Origin: Mytilus californianus
Taxonomy: Eukaryota
Reading direction: 5' to 3'
DNA: 64,000 bases
Assembly: GCF_021869535.1 (NCBI RefSeq)
Contig: NW_026262745.1
Span: forward strand, 85,808,001-85,872,000
Shown: positions 26,399 to 38,197 of the stretch, piece after piece
Numbering within the stretch: position 1 is the stretch's first letter
Layout: each line of letters begins with the position of its first letter
The notes under the pieces: model-generated
The model's input: the letters and a program-made list of their open reading frames with translations, nothing else
What the model was told of the DNA's origin: nothing
Database searches by the model: none
Translations under genes and position numbers: made by a program

Positions 26399-28689
26399 AT
26401 TAAAAGTGTATACGAATGAATCCTGCTCTGAACGAGACCGGCACACAGTCAGTTTTTTTGCCGTAATAGTCGACAAAAACATTTCGCAAGAAACCATGTA
26501 TCTATCTCATCCAGTCCCATTCCAGTGTTTCCTCCTTATTCTTCGCAGGAAAGAAACTAATACCAATTCTTATGTCTATAAATGAAAGTTACACTTAATA
26601 CATTTCTGGATTTACCTTCACCCGGAACGCTAAATACTAAATATGCGGGGATGCATAAATAGGCGACAACGATTATTAGGAACTATATAACCAAACAAAA
26701 GAGACCCAAAAAGAATGGCCAATTTTATCTAATGTCAACTTTGCCTGAGATAGTTGTTAACCACAAGTGGATCAGACCCACGCCTTACATCATATAATTT
26801 TAGCACCCTCCCATGCACGAGACAAATGCACCACTTTGAATGAAAATGACCTGATATAAGCATGACATAAACACGTTTTAGTACTAGTGGGTATTCTTAG
26901 ATTATGGTTAACACTTGCAAATTCATTGCACGAAAGTGAAAGTTGCTCAAATGGTTAAGTATCCTGTCTACTGCTGAAGTATTCATTCCAAGTATTTATT
27001 GCAACCTTATTTCAACAAACAACATATTTTAAAGCATTTAAAAACAATTCAATTCAGTTTAAATTTTGCAGTTATAGACGTAAACAAAACCACACATAGA
27101 GTTATACATATGTTTTGCTGTCAACACTGACAAAAGCAATTTGTAAAACATGAGAAAGTTGTGTACCTCATATTCGTTTTATGTCGTTTACATAATACAC
27201 AGCAAATATAAAATCGACAACTACGGAAAAGAGGTTCAGCATCTACATAACCAAACCGTAAAATTGATACACTCTACTTTAAAAGGAAACATCGAGGAAC
27301 TATGGAGGAAAACAAAGCAAGTCAACTATAAGGACTTTAGAAGCACTGAAATAGCGACAAATAATCATATACTAGTATTAAAGAAGCACATGGGACGTTT
27401 TGTTTTTCATCGCTTGACACTTCCTCAAAGGTATTCAATGGTTACATATTGAGGAGCACATCTTGTAACCATAAATTACACAAAAGGCTAAAGAAGTATA
27501 ATACATATACGGTGGTTCGTTGTCCAATAATGGGCACTATTATCCCTGCCATAACAACGTATACTGTCACCTAAGCACTATCAAGGTAAAGTTTACAGAA
27601 ACATGAAGGTTGAAATTACGAGTTAAAAAGAGGGAAGCGAAATTTCCGTAAAAAACCCTAATATATCGCAAAATTCAAACATTTTTACAATGGTTTTATT
27701 TTTGCAAAATTTTCGACGGGATAGGTGGCGCAAAAGCAAAAAGTTGAATTTTGAATTTTGAAAGAATAATTTGCAGTTTAAACATATTTTATTGTCTAAA
27801 TAAACAATAGGATTGGATACAAGTTATAACAACTTAACATAATCCTCTCCAAATAAATACAATACTAGTATACAAAATTTCAAGATGACAGCAATAATAT
27901 AATATAAACAATATGAAAAATATATACAATAAATATATCATGTTTAAACAGTAACAGTTGGGTACGAGTAAATTTTAAGATACAGAAATATCAATCAAAG
28001 AATTGTTTTGTATGGCGTATATAACTATGTATATTTCTGAAAAGGATTGTGTTTTGTTCAACACTAATTTCGTTTGTTCCAAATAAAACATGTTCTATGG
28101 AAATAGCAACTAACTGTTGGATATTTTCAAAGAGCTGATTTCTAAAATGTATGTAGAGTAGAATAATTTGTATGCAGCTTTTCCTGAAGAAAAAAGTCGT
28201 TGTAATGACTCTAGTAGGACCAGAGAGCACGATATTAACATACCTTTCGTAAAATCGCACCTGATAAATTTAGAAATTATAAAGAAACTAAGGTTTCAAC
28301 TCACCTGGACAAAGTTTACCTCCGATTGGATATTCTTTTTATGTCCTTTTTGTTCATAAACTCCTCAAGTATTTAATTTTATAGGTATACATCCTTGGCT
28401 TTCAAATTTTTGGGTTTAAACGTTCCTGATAAAGCTAAATTCAGGAAAGCCCGTATGACACACTAACTTTATAAAATGTTATTTTCATTTATATACACAC
28501 ACACTTTTATTTTTAATAATGCCCCAATCAAACCGGACGTGACTGCATATTTTTATCCATTAATATCCCGCATGTCAAAAGGACGCCCTCATGCCAGAAC
28601 TGTTAATAGGACTCTTTCAGAGCTAAAGAAGCAGTGTGTTATTGCTTTTCCTCGCTTTGCAGTTGAGCACAATCATTCAATGATTAGCT

Positions 28690-28935
28690 AAGTAAGAGCG
28701 AATGCGATAAACATAAATCCCAAAAAGTTATACCAAAGAAGTAAGAGCGCATGTGATAACCATAAAGTATCACCAAAGATATGCTCATGAACTAAGAGCG
28801 CATGGGATTACAAAAAATTATTACACGAAATTACTCATGAACAACTAGCGCATGCGTTAACCACAACATTATCAGGAAACATATTATGCTCATGAACCAA
28901 AGCGCATGCACTAACAAATCAGATATGCTCATGAA
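28690..28935. repeat. Degenerate ~50-bp tandem repeat (5 units) with AGCGCATG core
   Basis: AGCG(C/A)ATG at 28697, 28746, 28797, 28847, 28901; four ATGCTCATGAA-like blocks. Confidence 0.75.
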
Positions 28936-31860
28936 TGAAATCGTTAGGTAATTAAAAAAAAACAACAAACAAAAAAGAAGAGATATAAAGCTGCAAAATA
29001 GATTTATTAATTCCATCGTTTCCAAAGAGGAATATAGATTTGCGATAAATGCATGCAATAATAAATCATATGGTTACAAAACTTCAAGTTTTTCCTGACT
29101 TTTTCCGGGGTGTACACAAAGCAAAACACATCAAACACCGCAACATTCCGTGTAAGAAGCATTTATATATTTTTAAGAAAATTAAGGGAGACAAACACTG
29201 GATTTATTGAAGATAAGTACATTCCATATATGTACTTTAGAAAAACATAAAATTATAAATGTTGTTTTTCTTTTTTAATTAAATTATGTCGTTAATCATA
29301 TCGAAACGAGAAATATTAGGTCATGACATTTAACAGGTGTATACGTCCGGTGCGTTATAATTAGCACTTTGTACGTAAGAGAAGCAAAAAACGCACAAAG
29401 CCAACTGCGATTTTTTTTTCTTTATAAATTACGATCAGACAGAATTTTCAATTAAATAAAAACATTTACCAAGCGGTAAGTATTACTTTTTAACAACGTG
29501 TATTCATCAAGTAGTATATCTTTTATTCTTTTGAATTTACGACCGAAGCGGGAAAAGTGTGGTACAGAATTACACATTTCAAGGTCATTGACGTTCACAA
29601 ACCAACATACATGTAGATTGTTTTTAAGCAGTGTTTGTTTCTAATCTAGTGATATTTTTCAATAAAAAATCATGAATCTAAAAGCTGTTTTCAATTTGGA
29701 CAGATGATTAATCAGAGGATGTAGTTAAACTTGTTTAACCTCGCCACATATGCACGTGCCTGTCCAAAGTCAGGAACCGTGGTAGTGATTATATTCCGTC
29801 TTATAATATTGTTTGTTATTTTGAGAATTTGGTTTTAATGGCAGATCTTGGGATCTATATGATTCATTCACAACTTTGGTTAGTCTCGTGGCGATTTAGA
29901 GGTTGTCATATTGTAAAAACACGTATTTATTATAATTGTAATCTGTTACAGACTGCATGCTGCCATCTTGTCTTTTGATTTTTTTGTCGTTGTATTAACG
30001 TCTCGTTGTCGTTTACCACTAATCTACTTTTATTGTCGTGTATAACCTGAAAAGATGATGATAAACAATGATTGATTCTTACTTGTCGGGAGAGTCATAT
30101 TCCTCAGAACGATGATAGTTTGTTTTTTAACATCCTGTGGGCAAGCCAAATATAACGAAAAAAACTTTATACTCGGAGTTCCTCGTAGCTATTCTAACAA
30201 TTAAGATAATAATCCGCATTGTTTTGAATTGTCTAAAAATTAAATTTTCTACATAAACAAAAATATATTCAAAACGTCTAATCCTAGTAAACCGTTTGAA
30301 TGAAAAAAATAAATTGTATAGATAAAAAGCAAACCTCTTTCTCAATTACATTTTTTTACTAACCCAATGATCATATTTTTTAAAATTGCAATCCTTCCGT
30401 TTTTTTTTAAATCCTATATATCATGTACCTGACCACAGCAGGATAATTGCTCATAATTCATTAAGTTAAGAAAAACGATGAAAAATTAGTAAAAACATAT
30501 CATTTGTATTCATAGAGCGAAATTCGCATATTGCGAATTATGTAAATTTGTGGCATTAACATTATATCAAAAGAAAAAAAAAACCAAGTCTGCACTAAAA
30601 GGCGTGTTTTTTGTTTACATATCGTACTGAAAGCTATGACTGGCACCATTTGTCAATGTTTACAACATTTTAATTTTTTCGTTGAATTATGACAATTCAT
30701 AACAATACTTTCTTCGTGAAGAAAAATATGTTCTAAAGTGTAACAATTTGCATAAACGAGAATTATTTAAATCAGAACACGTCTCTCCCTTAAAAAGATG
30801 CATTTACAAGGGTAGGATCCAGGATTTTAAGTTAGGAAGATCGCTCCTGAAATTTGAGAATTAGAGGACTGCGCACGCCCGTCCGCATCCGCGCATGTTT
30901 ACTGCTGTGTACATGCACTTGCACTTGATTGCTGGTTACTTATCGTCAAGTGAAAGTAAGATGAAGAAAAGATTCTTATTTGTTTGGCTAATCTAGATTA
31001 ATCACTATAGGTATCCTGGAGTCTACAATAAGTTCCAGCTTTTACGTCCGAAGAGTACGAATTCACCGCATGAAAAGTACAACTGACCTCACGGGGCCAA
31101 TGAACGTTTAGCAAACAGCAACACAACAATCGTTATACCCAGACTCATTAATATACTTCAGATGTGTGTGTTTGTTGTTTAACAGTAGAACTTATATGAA
31201 TAAACATATGATTTACGTCCGCTTAATTAAACACGAACTCCTTCTGTAACTAGTATGAATGGATTTTTTTCATTTTTTTTTTCATCTTTTATAAAATGCG
31301 CATGTTGAATTTATCGCATGCCTGATTACATGCTATTCTTACATAGAATATATCATGTTTTTGATTACAACCGTCAAGGGTCAAACAGGGATCAAGAAAA
31401 CATGTAATTTTTTTCATATAAAAATCGATGTCCACAATAAGTCATTTTTAAGTGTATGAGTGATTTTTGTGTCAATTCAAGCTTAAAAATGATTTTCAGG
31501 TATCCGTAGTTAAATTGAATCTTTTTCGTTGATTTAAACATTATAATGAAATATAAAGTACAATACGATAGAAAATAAAACAAAACAAGGAGAACAGAAG
31601 GTAATGACACCGTTAAAAATAAAATGAAACAAAAAATGACAAAAACAGCACTTAAACTCTTGGATTAACTGCTAGCGTAGTGGCTGCAAGCGAGTCGACT
31701 GTTAGCTTAATTCTATTGAAGTTGACACAGAAGTCAAACCACAACATTAAAACAATATTACGACACCGATATCAATGAAAAGAGGTGAAGATGTCTTTTC
31801 AAAATTATGCACTAGGTTGAACTTCAGTTCGTTTTTATATTAACATAAATAAAACATTAA

Positions 31861-31864
<4 letters not shown>

Positions 31865-31906
<42 letters not shown>
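31865..31906. repeat. (GA)21 microsatellite
   Basis: Direct reading. Confidence 0.97.
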
Positions 31907-31915
<9 letters not shown>

Positions 31916-33243
31916 ATAATTTATAGTTAAACATCACGTTTATTGATTGTTTAATCGTCCTGAATATACACGAGATATTTTACATGACGGTACTTTTAGC
32001 AAATGACAATAAACCAATCGATGAAATGTAAGTAGTTTTCATTTCAAATTATTGAAAAAGAGAGAAAAAAGAAAAGAAAAATATAATACCGCCCATCTCA
32101 TTGCAACCTATTGAATTTTGCCCGATATATACATCATAACTAAGTTTACCCTGACATTTGAATAAAAAAACATATATATAGATCAATACACACATCTGTT
32201 GCAGGATACTTACATGTACGACTTAACACGTCAATAAATATAGTCGCTTTCACTGTAACTCAAAAATCAACCATGGCGTGAAATGGAAGTTTCTTCAAAA
32301 TTAAGGTAGGGAACTTAATATGAGGTTTACCCCCTGCATTGTTTCAGTGAAGTGTTCATTTTTTAAGTTTCGATTAGGCGAGGTCTTGTCGTCTGTTAGA
32401 AAGTTTAAAAGGTCACGGTCCGTCGTGTTGATTTTTCTTTAAATAAAACATGCAGCTAATATACAAGTAATTGACTAGTCACATACACGTTTAAAATATA
32501 TATAGTAACAAAATATATATTTTGGTGCTTGATTCTCTATTTAAATTTTTTCTCATAAAAATCAATTCATGTATCTATTTAAGGACAGATGTTGACATGT
32601 CTGTAAACAGTAAATATAAATATAAACAAATCACAAAAAAGTATATGGTATATTACCCAAAGCTACGTACATGATCTCTGAACGATGAACTCGATCAGCT
32701 CAAAACTCACAACGTGAAATTGCACCATAAAAGCAGGATCTTATTTATCTATGCTAAAAAATATGAGTAAGTTTATATAGTATGCTTATCATATTACATC
32801 AAAGTCAGTCAGAATATTATAACAAAGCAAGTGAAGAAACAAATTGTTATACTTATTCAAAGATGTCTTTTCTATCTCCCAAAAAGTAAAATTTTATTTT
32901 TATATATGTTGAGTTCTAACAGAAACGCAACACATGATATTTGGCTCTTTTGTTTTAAATTTTAAGACATTCCTCGAACATTTGATTACATGCATCTGCA
33001 TTTTCAAGAAAGTTAAGTTATATTATCATAGGGATCAAAAGAGAAACTCACTATTCGTTTATCAAAATGTCAGTATACGCTACCAAATTCAAAGAATATT
33101 TGTCGAACTGCATACGATTTTAAAACTGGTGAGTGAGGGATTTATCATGGCTGAACTGTACCATTCGAAGTTCAAAGTAAAACTTTTTGCAGTAAAATGT
33201 GGAATTTGTGAACGATAGGATATCAATATCGAACAGAAATAAC

Positions 33244-33408
33244 AATTCGCAGTTTCAGAATCTAATGCATTCTGGGTAATATTCTCAAACGTGATTGGTT
33301 AAAAAAAGTCCTAAATAATGGAAATTCAACCAATGGCGTGATAATATTTTCATGTTGGGTACGGAGAATTAAATTACCCATAGTCCTTTAGATTCTGAAA
33401 CATAATAT
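33244..33408. mobile_element. MITE, TTTCAGAATCT-type TIR
   Basis: GTTTCAGAATCTAA / TTAGATTCTGAAAC; related to 43684-43868 and 51011-51194. Confidence 0.65.
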
Positions 33409-33593
33409 CCAAAGAAATCCATAAATCTTACCATGGTAGGGGTAAGTTCCAAAGATTGACTGGTGGTTGCTTAACGTTCAGTGGCAAATAGTTCATGCAT
33501 GTTCATAAAGATCCAAAGAACATGTTAGTTCGATTTTTTTTTTATTAAATTGAAAATAACCGGATGTTGGGTTTCTATACGCAGTCCGTATAT

Positions 33594-33624
<31 letters not shown>

Positions 33625-33988
33625 AGAGAACTCCACGATGACTGCATGGTAACACACCATAACCAAAAAGGAAAATAATATCATAGTTGACGCCATGCAC
33701 AGTGTGCAGTAGGTCAATCGCCATTGGTTCCCATGTCAGAAGTAACGTACTTGGACAACTTCGCCAAAACGTATCAGTATATACAGACATTGCTATATTA
33801 AGAATATACGCTGTTTTTAGTACATTTGTTTTCCGTTTTCATAACATGTACCTTGTAACATGAAAATGTAAATAATTCGCACATAAGAACTTATTTGTAG
33901 TATCGTTTTAAACTTAAAATTAAAATTTGATGGTTATATTTTTTCAAGCGGAATTCTTACTATTCAGATTTTTGTATATATCCGTATT

Positions 33989-34217
33989 AGTGTCTAGTAT
34001 GATGGGGTTTACATGATAGGGAATAGTGGTCAAAAAGTGCAGATTAAAGGGCTTCGAATTTAGAATATAGAAAGAAATAGGGAAGAATAAAGAATTAAGA
34101 ATAATAGGGTGCTAAAATATGCAGAAGAGAGAATGATGTGAAAAATAGATAAAGAATACGGAAAAATGATAAAAAAATAAGGATTAAAGAAATGAAAGAC
34201 CACTACTCCAGGCTCTC
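33989..34217. mobile_element. Degenerate MITE family B
   Basis: GATGGGGTTTAC...AAAGAAT subrepeats...TCCAGGCTCTC. Confidence 0.6.
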
Positions 34218-34445
34218 AGTACTGAAAAAATCTACATTGTAATCATTTGGCAAACCTGGGCAAGCGGAAGGTACCGGAATATTACGAGGTTTGCCGAATT
34301 CCCATAGACGAAGTTATAAGATATTCAACAGCTTGTGAATACTAAATTTATATTTTGTTAAAAAAATAACTCATTTGATACACGTAAACTTCAAGCGTTT
34401 ATTTTGTAAATAAACTCATTATTGATACCAGGATTGAAATTGTGT

Positions 34446-34489
34446 ACGCCAGACGTGCGTTTCGTCTACAAATGGCTCAGCAGTGACGC
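34446..34489 (-). ncRNA. Type I hammerhead ribozyme relic
   Basis: Minus strand: GCGTCA CTGCTGA GCCATTTGTAGAC GAAA CGCAC GTC TGGCGT. Core A6 changed to C and stem II broken. Confidence 0.65.
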
Positions 34490-36233
34490 TGGTTTCAAAA
34501 AATTTAAAGTGCATTTACATGTACATGTATATAATTTAGGATAGACATATCCCTTATTTGAATAAATGTTTGATAAACTATTAGTTAAGTACTACGTTTT
34601 TATATATTAGTACAAGTTTATTGCTTTCTTGTTGTATCGTACTGGTAGTTATGAGTTCCTCTATTTTACTTTTTTTTTTAGAATTTCAATGATTTATGAT
34701 TTTATTTCTCAGAAATTTATTAATAGAGAAATCAATTTCCTGGAATAAAATCTTTTCCATGAACCCATATATTCATGTTCATGTAATACACAGAAAATTA
34801 ACTGATATCGCTGATGTTTTTGGTGACTTTTTTATATGGTTGGTTCATCTGTAATCTTATACACCCACCCCCTTTTTTTGGGTTTAAATTTCACCAGCAT
34901 AAAGCTATTGTATATGTTTTAACTTAAATAAGATTTTTCAGCATTATACACTACCCCAAACGGACGCTTGCTTGGGTAAGGAATCGTAGCCTTCCACGAA
35001 AGCTCGTTGGAGATAACGAGAATGTAATCCAAGATAATAAGGCATTTTTTTTCGGATAATTTAATTGGAAGAAAAGTCAGTGCAGAAAGGTCAAATAACA
35101 ATCATATAATTATAAATTACAACAATAATTATGTCCAGGAAACATTAAGAGACAAACGTCTGAAGCTATGACTCAAAAACACTAGTTCGTTAAATCTAGC
35201 GGAATTCCATGAAAAAAGGTTAATCCAAATTATGTTGTTTGAAACATGTTATATTGATCAATGCGAATAACAGACTTTACATGGTAATTGTCATTATAAA
35301 GATACAGGGTTCTGAGTACAAGTTCTTTAAAATTTAAGAACACAGACGGGGAACCAGAATTTGGATTTGGTATAGTTGTAAATTAGTATTTGTCATATTT
35401 TACATGTTTTTAATTATAATATGATATTTTTCACTCAAAGGTCAAGGTCCGAACGATGTTAGATATGAATGTTAGAGAATCTAAATAATGTTCTTGAAAC
35501 ATGTGCTATCAATGTTCTATATATTCTAAAAATGCAAAATGTTCTTCTTGAAAACTCTTTTAAAACTACATAATCGGCAGAATCTATAAATATTGCAGTT
35601 AAGAGTCATTTTGAAGCAATCGGTACATCTAAAATAAAAAATGTTAAAACGTCTTGAAATTTCTTGTTACTTGCATATTTTCATTTCAATTTTTACATTA
35701 ATTTCGTTTCATACATTTTATATGAAAAATCAAGAGACAAAAATTCTATTGTTTCAAATGACTCTTTCTGAGAAAAAAAACCAAGTACAAGTACCTATTA
35801 CTTAGACTTCCATGTTTTTTTTAAGAACCATACATTATTTATTGAAAAAGGCGCTACTGAAGGGTTAAAAAATTCACATCCTTGACGTTTTACGAATTTG
35901 GTGATGTTGTTTAAGAATTGAATGCTTTTTTTATAATTTCATTGGGGTGTAAAAGCGTTGACCGAAGCACAGTTTTCCGCGCTTTATGTTAAATCAACGC
36001 TTCATTATTAAAAGACACATCAATTCTTGTAATTACATGTTTATGCTACAACCATGAAATTGAGAGTTATATCAAATTTTACGTTTGTTTTTCAATGCAT
36101 TATATTTAACATTGTCACGGATAGCATTGCAGTCATAGCTGTTATATGTTATACGGAAATGAAATATGATATTGGTTGACTGGCGATTATTGTCAGTCAA
36201 TCAAAATTCCCGATTATAGCGAAACATACATAT

Positions 36234-36536
36234 CATGTTTAACCCCGCCCCATTTTTTGCGCCTGTCCCAAGTCAGGAGGAGCCTCTTGCTTTTGTTAGT
36301 CTTGTATGTTTTTTAATTTTAGTTCATGTATATGTTTTGGAGTTTAGTGTGACGTCCATTTTCATTGAACTAGTACACATTTTTGTTTAGGGGCCAACTG
36401 AAGCCCGCCTCCGGGACTCCGGGTGCGGGATTTTCTCGCTGTGTTGAAGACCCATTGGTGGTCTTCGGCTGTTTTCTGCTCTTTGGTTGGGTTGTTGTCT
36501 CTTTGACACATTCCCCATTTCCATTCTCAATTTTAT
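36234..36536 (+). mobile_element. 5'-truncated PLE family A copy
   Basis: Begins CATGTTTAACCCCGCC; same 3' end as 9071-10026. Confidence 0.85.
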
Positions 36537-36721
36537 ATACATGTAATGTACAATTCCCAATCCGCAATTGCATAATGCTTAATCAACTGAAAAAAACTTA
36601 TAAAGGAATTGTATAGGAGAAACACTACGGGTGTTTAATGTGAAGAAGGATCTTCTTACCCTTACGGAGCACCTGAGATCGCTCTGGGTTTTTGGTGGGG
36701 TTCGTGTTGCTCAGTCTTTAG

Positions 36722-37112
36722 TTTTTATACGCCCGTTTACGGGTGATATTATGATATACCGTTGTCCGAAAAAAACTCAAAAACGCTTAAATCAATTTGC
36801 ATGAAACTTTGATGAATTGTTTATATCTATTGACGTGAGCTCCCTTTTAATTTTTATAAATTTTAGATTTTATGTTTCAGAGTTATGGGGTTTTATTCAT
36901 TGAAAAAAGGGGGATTTTCCAGTTTTCGGACAATAACTCAAAAGTGCTTTGAGCAGTTTTCATGAAACTTTGGTGACTGGTTTATATCTATTTAAATAAC
37001 CTCCGTTAAGTTTTTTTTTTATAAATTTCTGAAATGACATTGAGGAGTTATGGAACTTTATTCTTTGAAAAAACGACGGGCGTATCATGCGCTCCTCATG
37101 GCGCAGCTCTTT
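36722..37112 (+). mobile_element. Helentron-type non-autonomous element (HINE/DINE-1-like)
   Basis: Exact subterminal IR ATACGCCCGT (36727-36736) / ACGGGCGTAT (37076-37085); 5' hairpin; 3' stem-loop TGCGC..GCGCA; T-rich insertion site; two internal ~160-bp repeats. Confidence 0.8.
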
Positions 37113-37138
37113 ATTTAGGTAATGTTTTGATGAATGTT

Positions 37139-37620
37139 GTTTGTCTTTATGTCTATTTTCATTCTTTGCCATGGTTTTGCTAGTTTGTCTTTATGTCTAT
37201 TTTCGTTCTTTGCCATGGTTTTGCCAGTTTGTCTTTGTCTAGTTTCGTTCTTTGCCATGGTTTTGCCAGTTTGTCTTTATGTCTATTTTCGTTCTTTGCC
37301 ATGGTTTTGCCAGTTTGACTTTATGTCTATTTTCGTTCTCTGTCATGGTTTTGCCAGTTTGTCTTTATGTCTATTTTCGTTCTTTGCCATGGTTTTGCCA
37401 GTTTGTCTTTATGTCTATTTTCGTTCTCTGCCATGGTTTTGCAAGTTTGTCTTTATGTCTATTTTCGTTCTTTGCCATGGTTTTGCCAGTTTGGCTTTAT
37501 GTCTATTTTCGTTCTTTGCCATGGTTTTGCCAGTTTGACTTTATGTCTATTTTCGTTCTTTGCCATGGCTTTGCCAGTTTGTCTTTATGTCTATTTTCGT
37601 TCTTTGCCATGGTTTTGCCA
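37139..37620. repeat. 44-bp minisatellite, 11 units
   Basis: Unit GTTTGTCTTTATGTCTATTTTCGTTCTTTGCCATGGTTTTGCCA; unit 3 is 42 bp. Confidence 0.97.
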
Positions 37621-37845
37621 GTTTGTTCTCAACTTATGAGTTTTGAATGTCCACTTGGTATCTTCCTTTTTTTTTATTTGAAAATTTTCTTTTATTGTGA
37701 ATTTCAGCAGCGAATTAACTGAATTCATATTTTGGCCTTTTAAATATGTAAATACGTATTGTTTATATCATTGTTTAAACTTACTTTTCCAGACAACCTG
37801 AACAGAGAAAATTAGCTGACATTTTCTACTTCTCTAAATACAGCC

Positions 37846-38197
37846 ATGTCCGACTCAAATGGTGACTTAAAAACAGTTCAGCAAACAGTTCAAAATGTGG
37901 ACGTCGAAACCGGTTCGATTGAGGAAACATCTATATCTAATGGAAACGAACCTCAGAAACTATACCAGGCTAATACCTTCAGAAAGGAATACCGACAACC
38001 CCACAGCGAGGAATCTATTAAAGAATCGTGCTGCAATCAATTTAGCTCAATCTGCAATTGTTCATCGGAACAATTGAAGAAGGGCTTCTTTAAAACTGTA
38101 CCTAGTATTAATATTATGAAAAAATATAAAATTCGAACTGATCTTCCAAACGATATCATTGCTGGATTTACCGTTGGTGTTATGCAACTTCCACAAG
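37846..38197 (+). CDS. SLC26: SLC26 coding exon 1
   Basis: MSDSN...[19 protein letters not shown]; donor G|GTACGT. An acceptor TTTTCCAG at 37792 implies an upstream 5' UTR exon that I did not locate. Confidence 0.93.

Larger units (their letters stand above)
36621..37666 (+). mobile_element. Interspersed repeat family D, split by a HINE insertion and a minisatellite expansion
   Basis: 5' part GGATCTTCTTACCCTTACGGAGCACCTGAG...GTGGGGTTCGTGTTGCTCAGTCTTTAG; 3' part ...TTATGAGTTTTGAATGTCCACTTGGTATCTT. The 5' part matches 45017-45055 in reverse. Confidence 0.65.

Noticed and set aside
27150-27452. 100-aa ORF and other 60-130-aa ORFs in the intergenic and intronic track
   Set aside because: No motifs, no splice support, low-complexity AT-driven composition; expected by chance
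36628-36715. Possible HDV-like ribozyme fold in family D
   Set aside because: Only partial helices can be drawn and this copy is degenerate; not supportable by eye
37139-37620. CRISPR-like appearance of the regular arrays (also 44310-44752, 45030-45585, 54184-54396)
   Set aside because: Head-to-tail repeats with no unique spacers, no cas genes, eukaryotic context
37134-37722. Overlapping hydrophobic ORFs (134, 156, 90 aa)
   Set aside because: Translations of the 44-bp minisatellite
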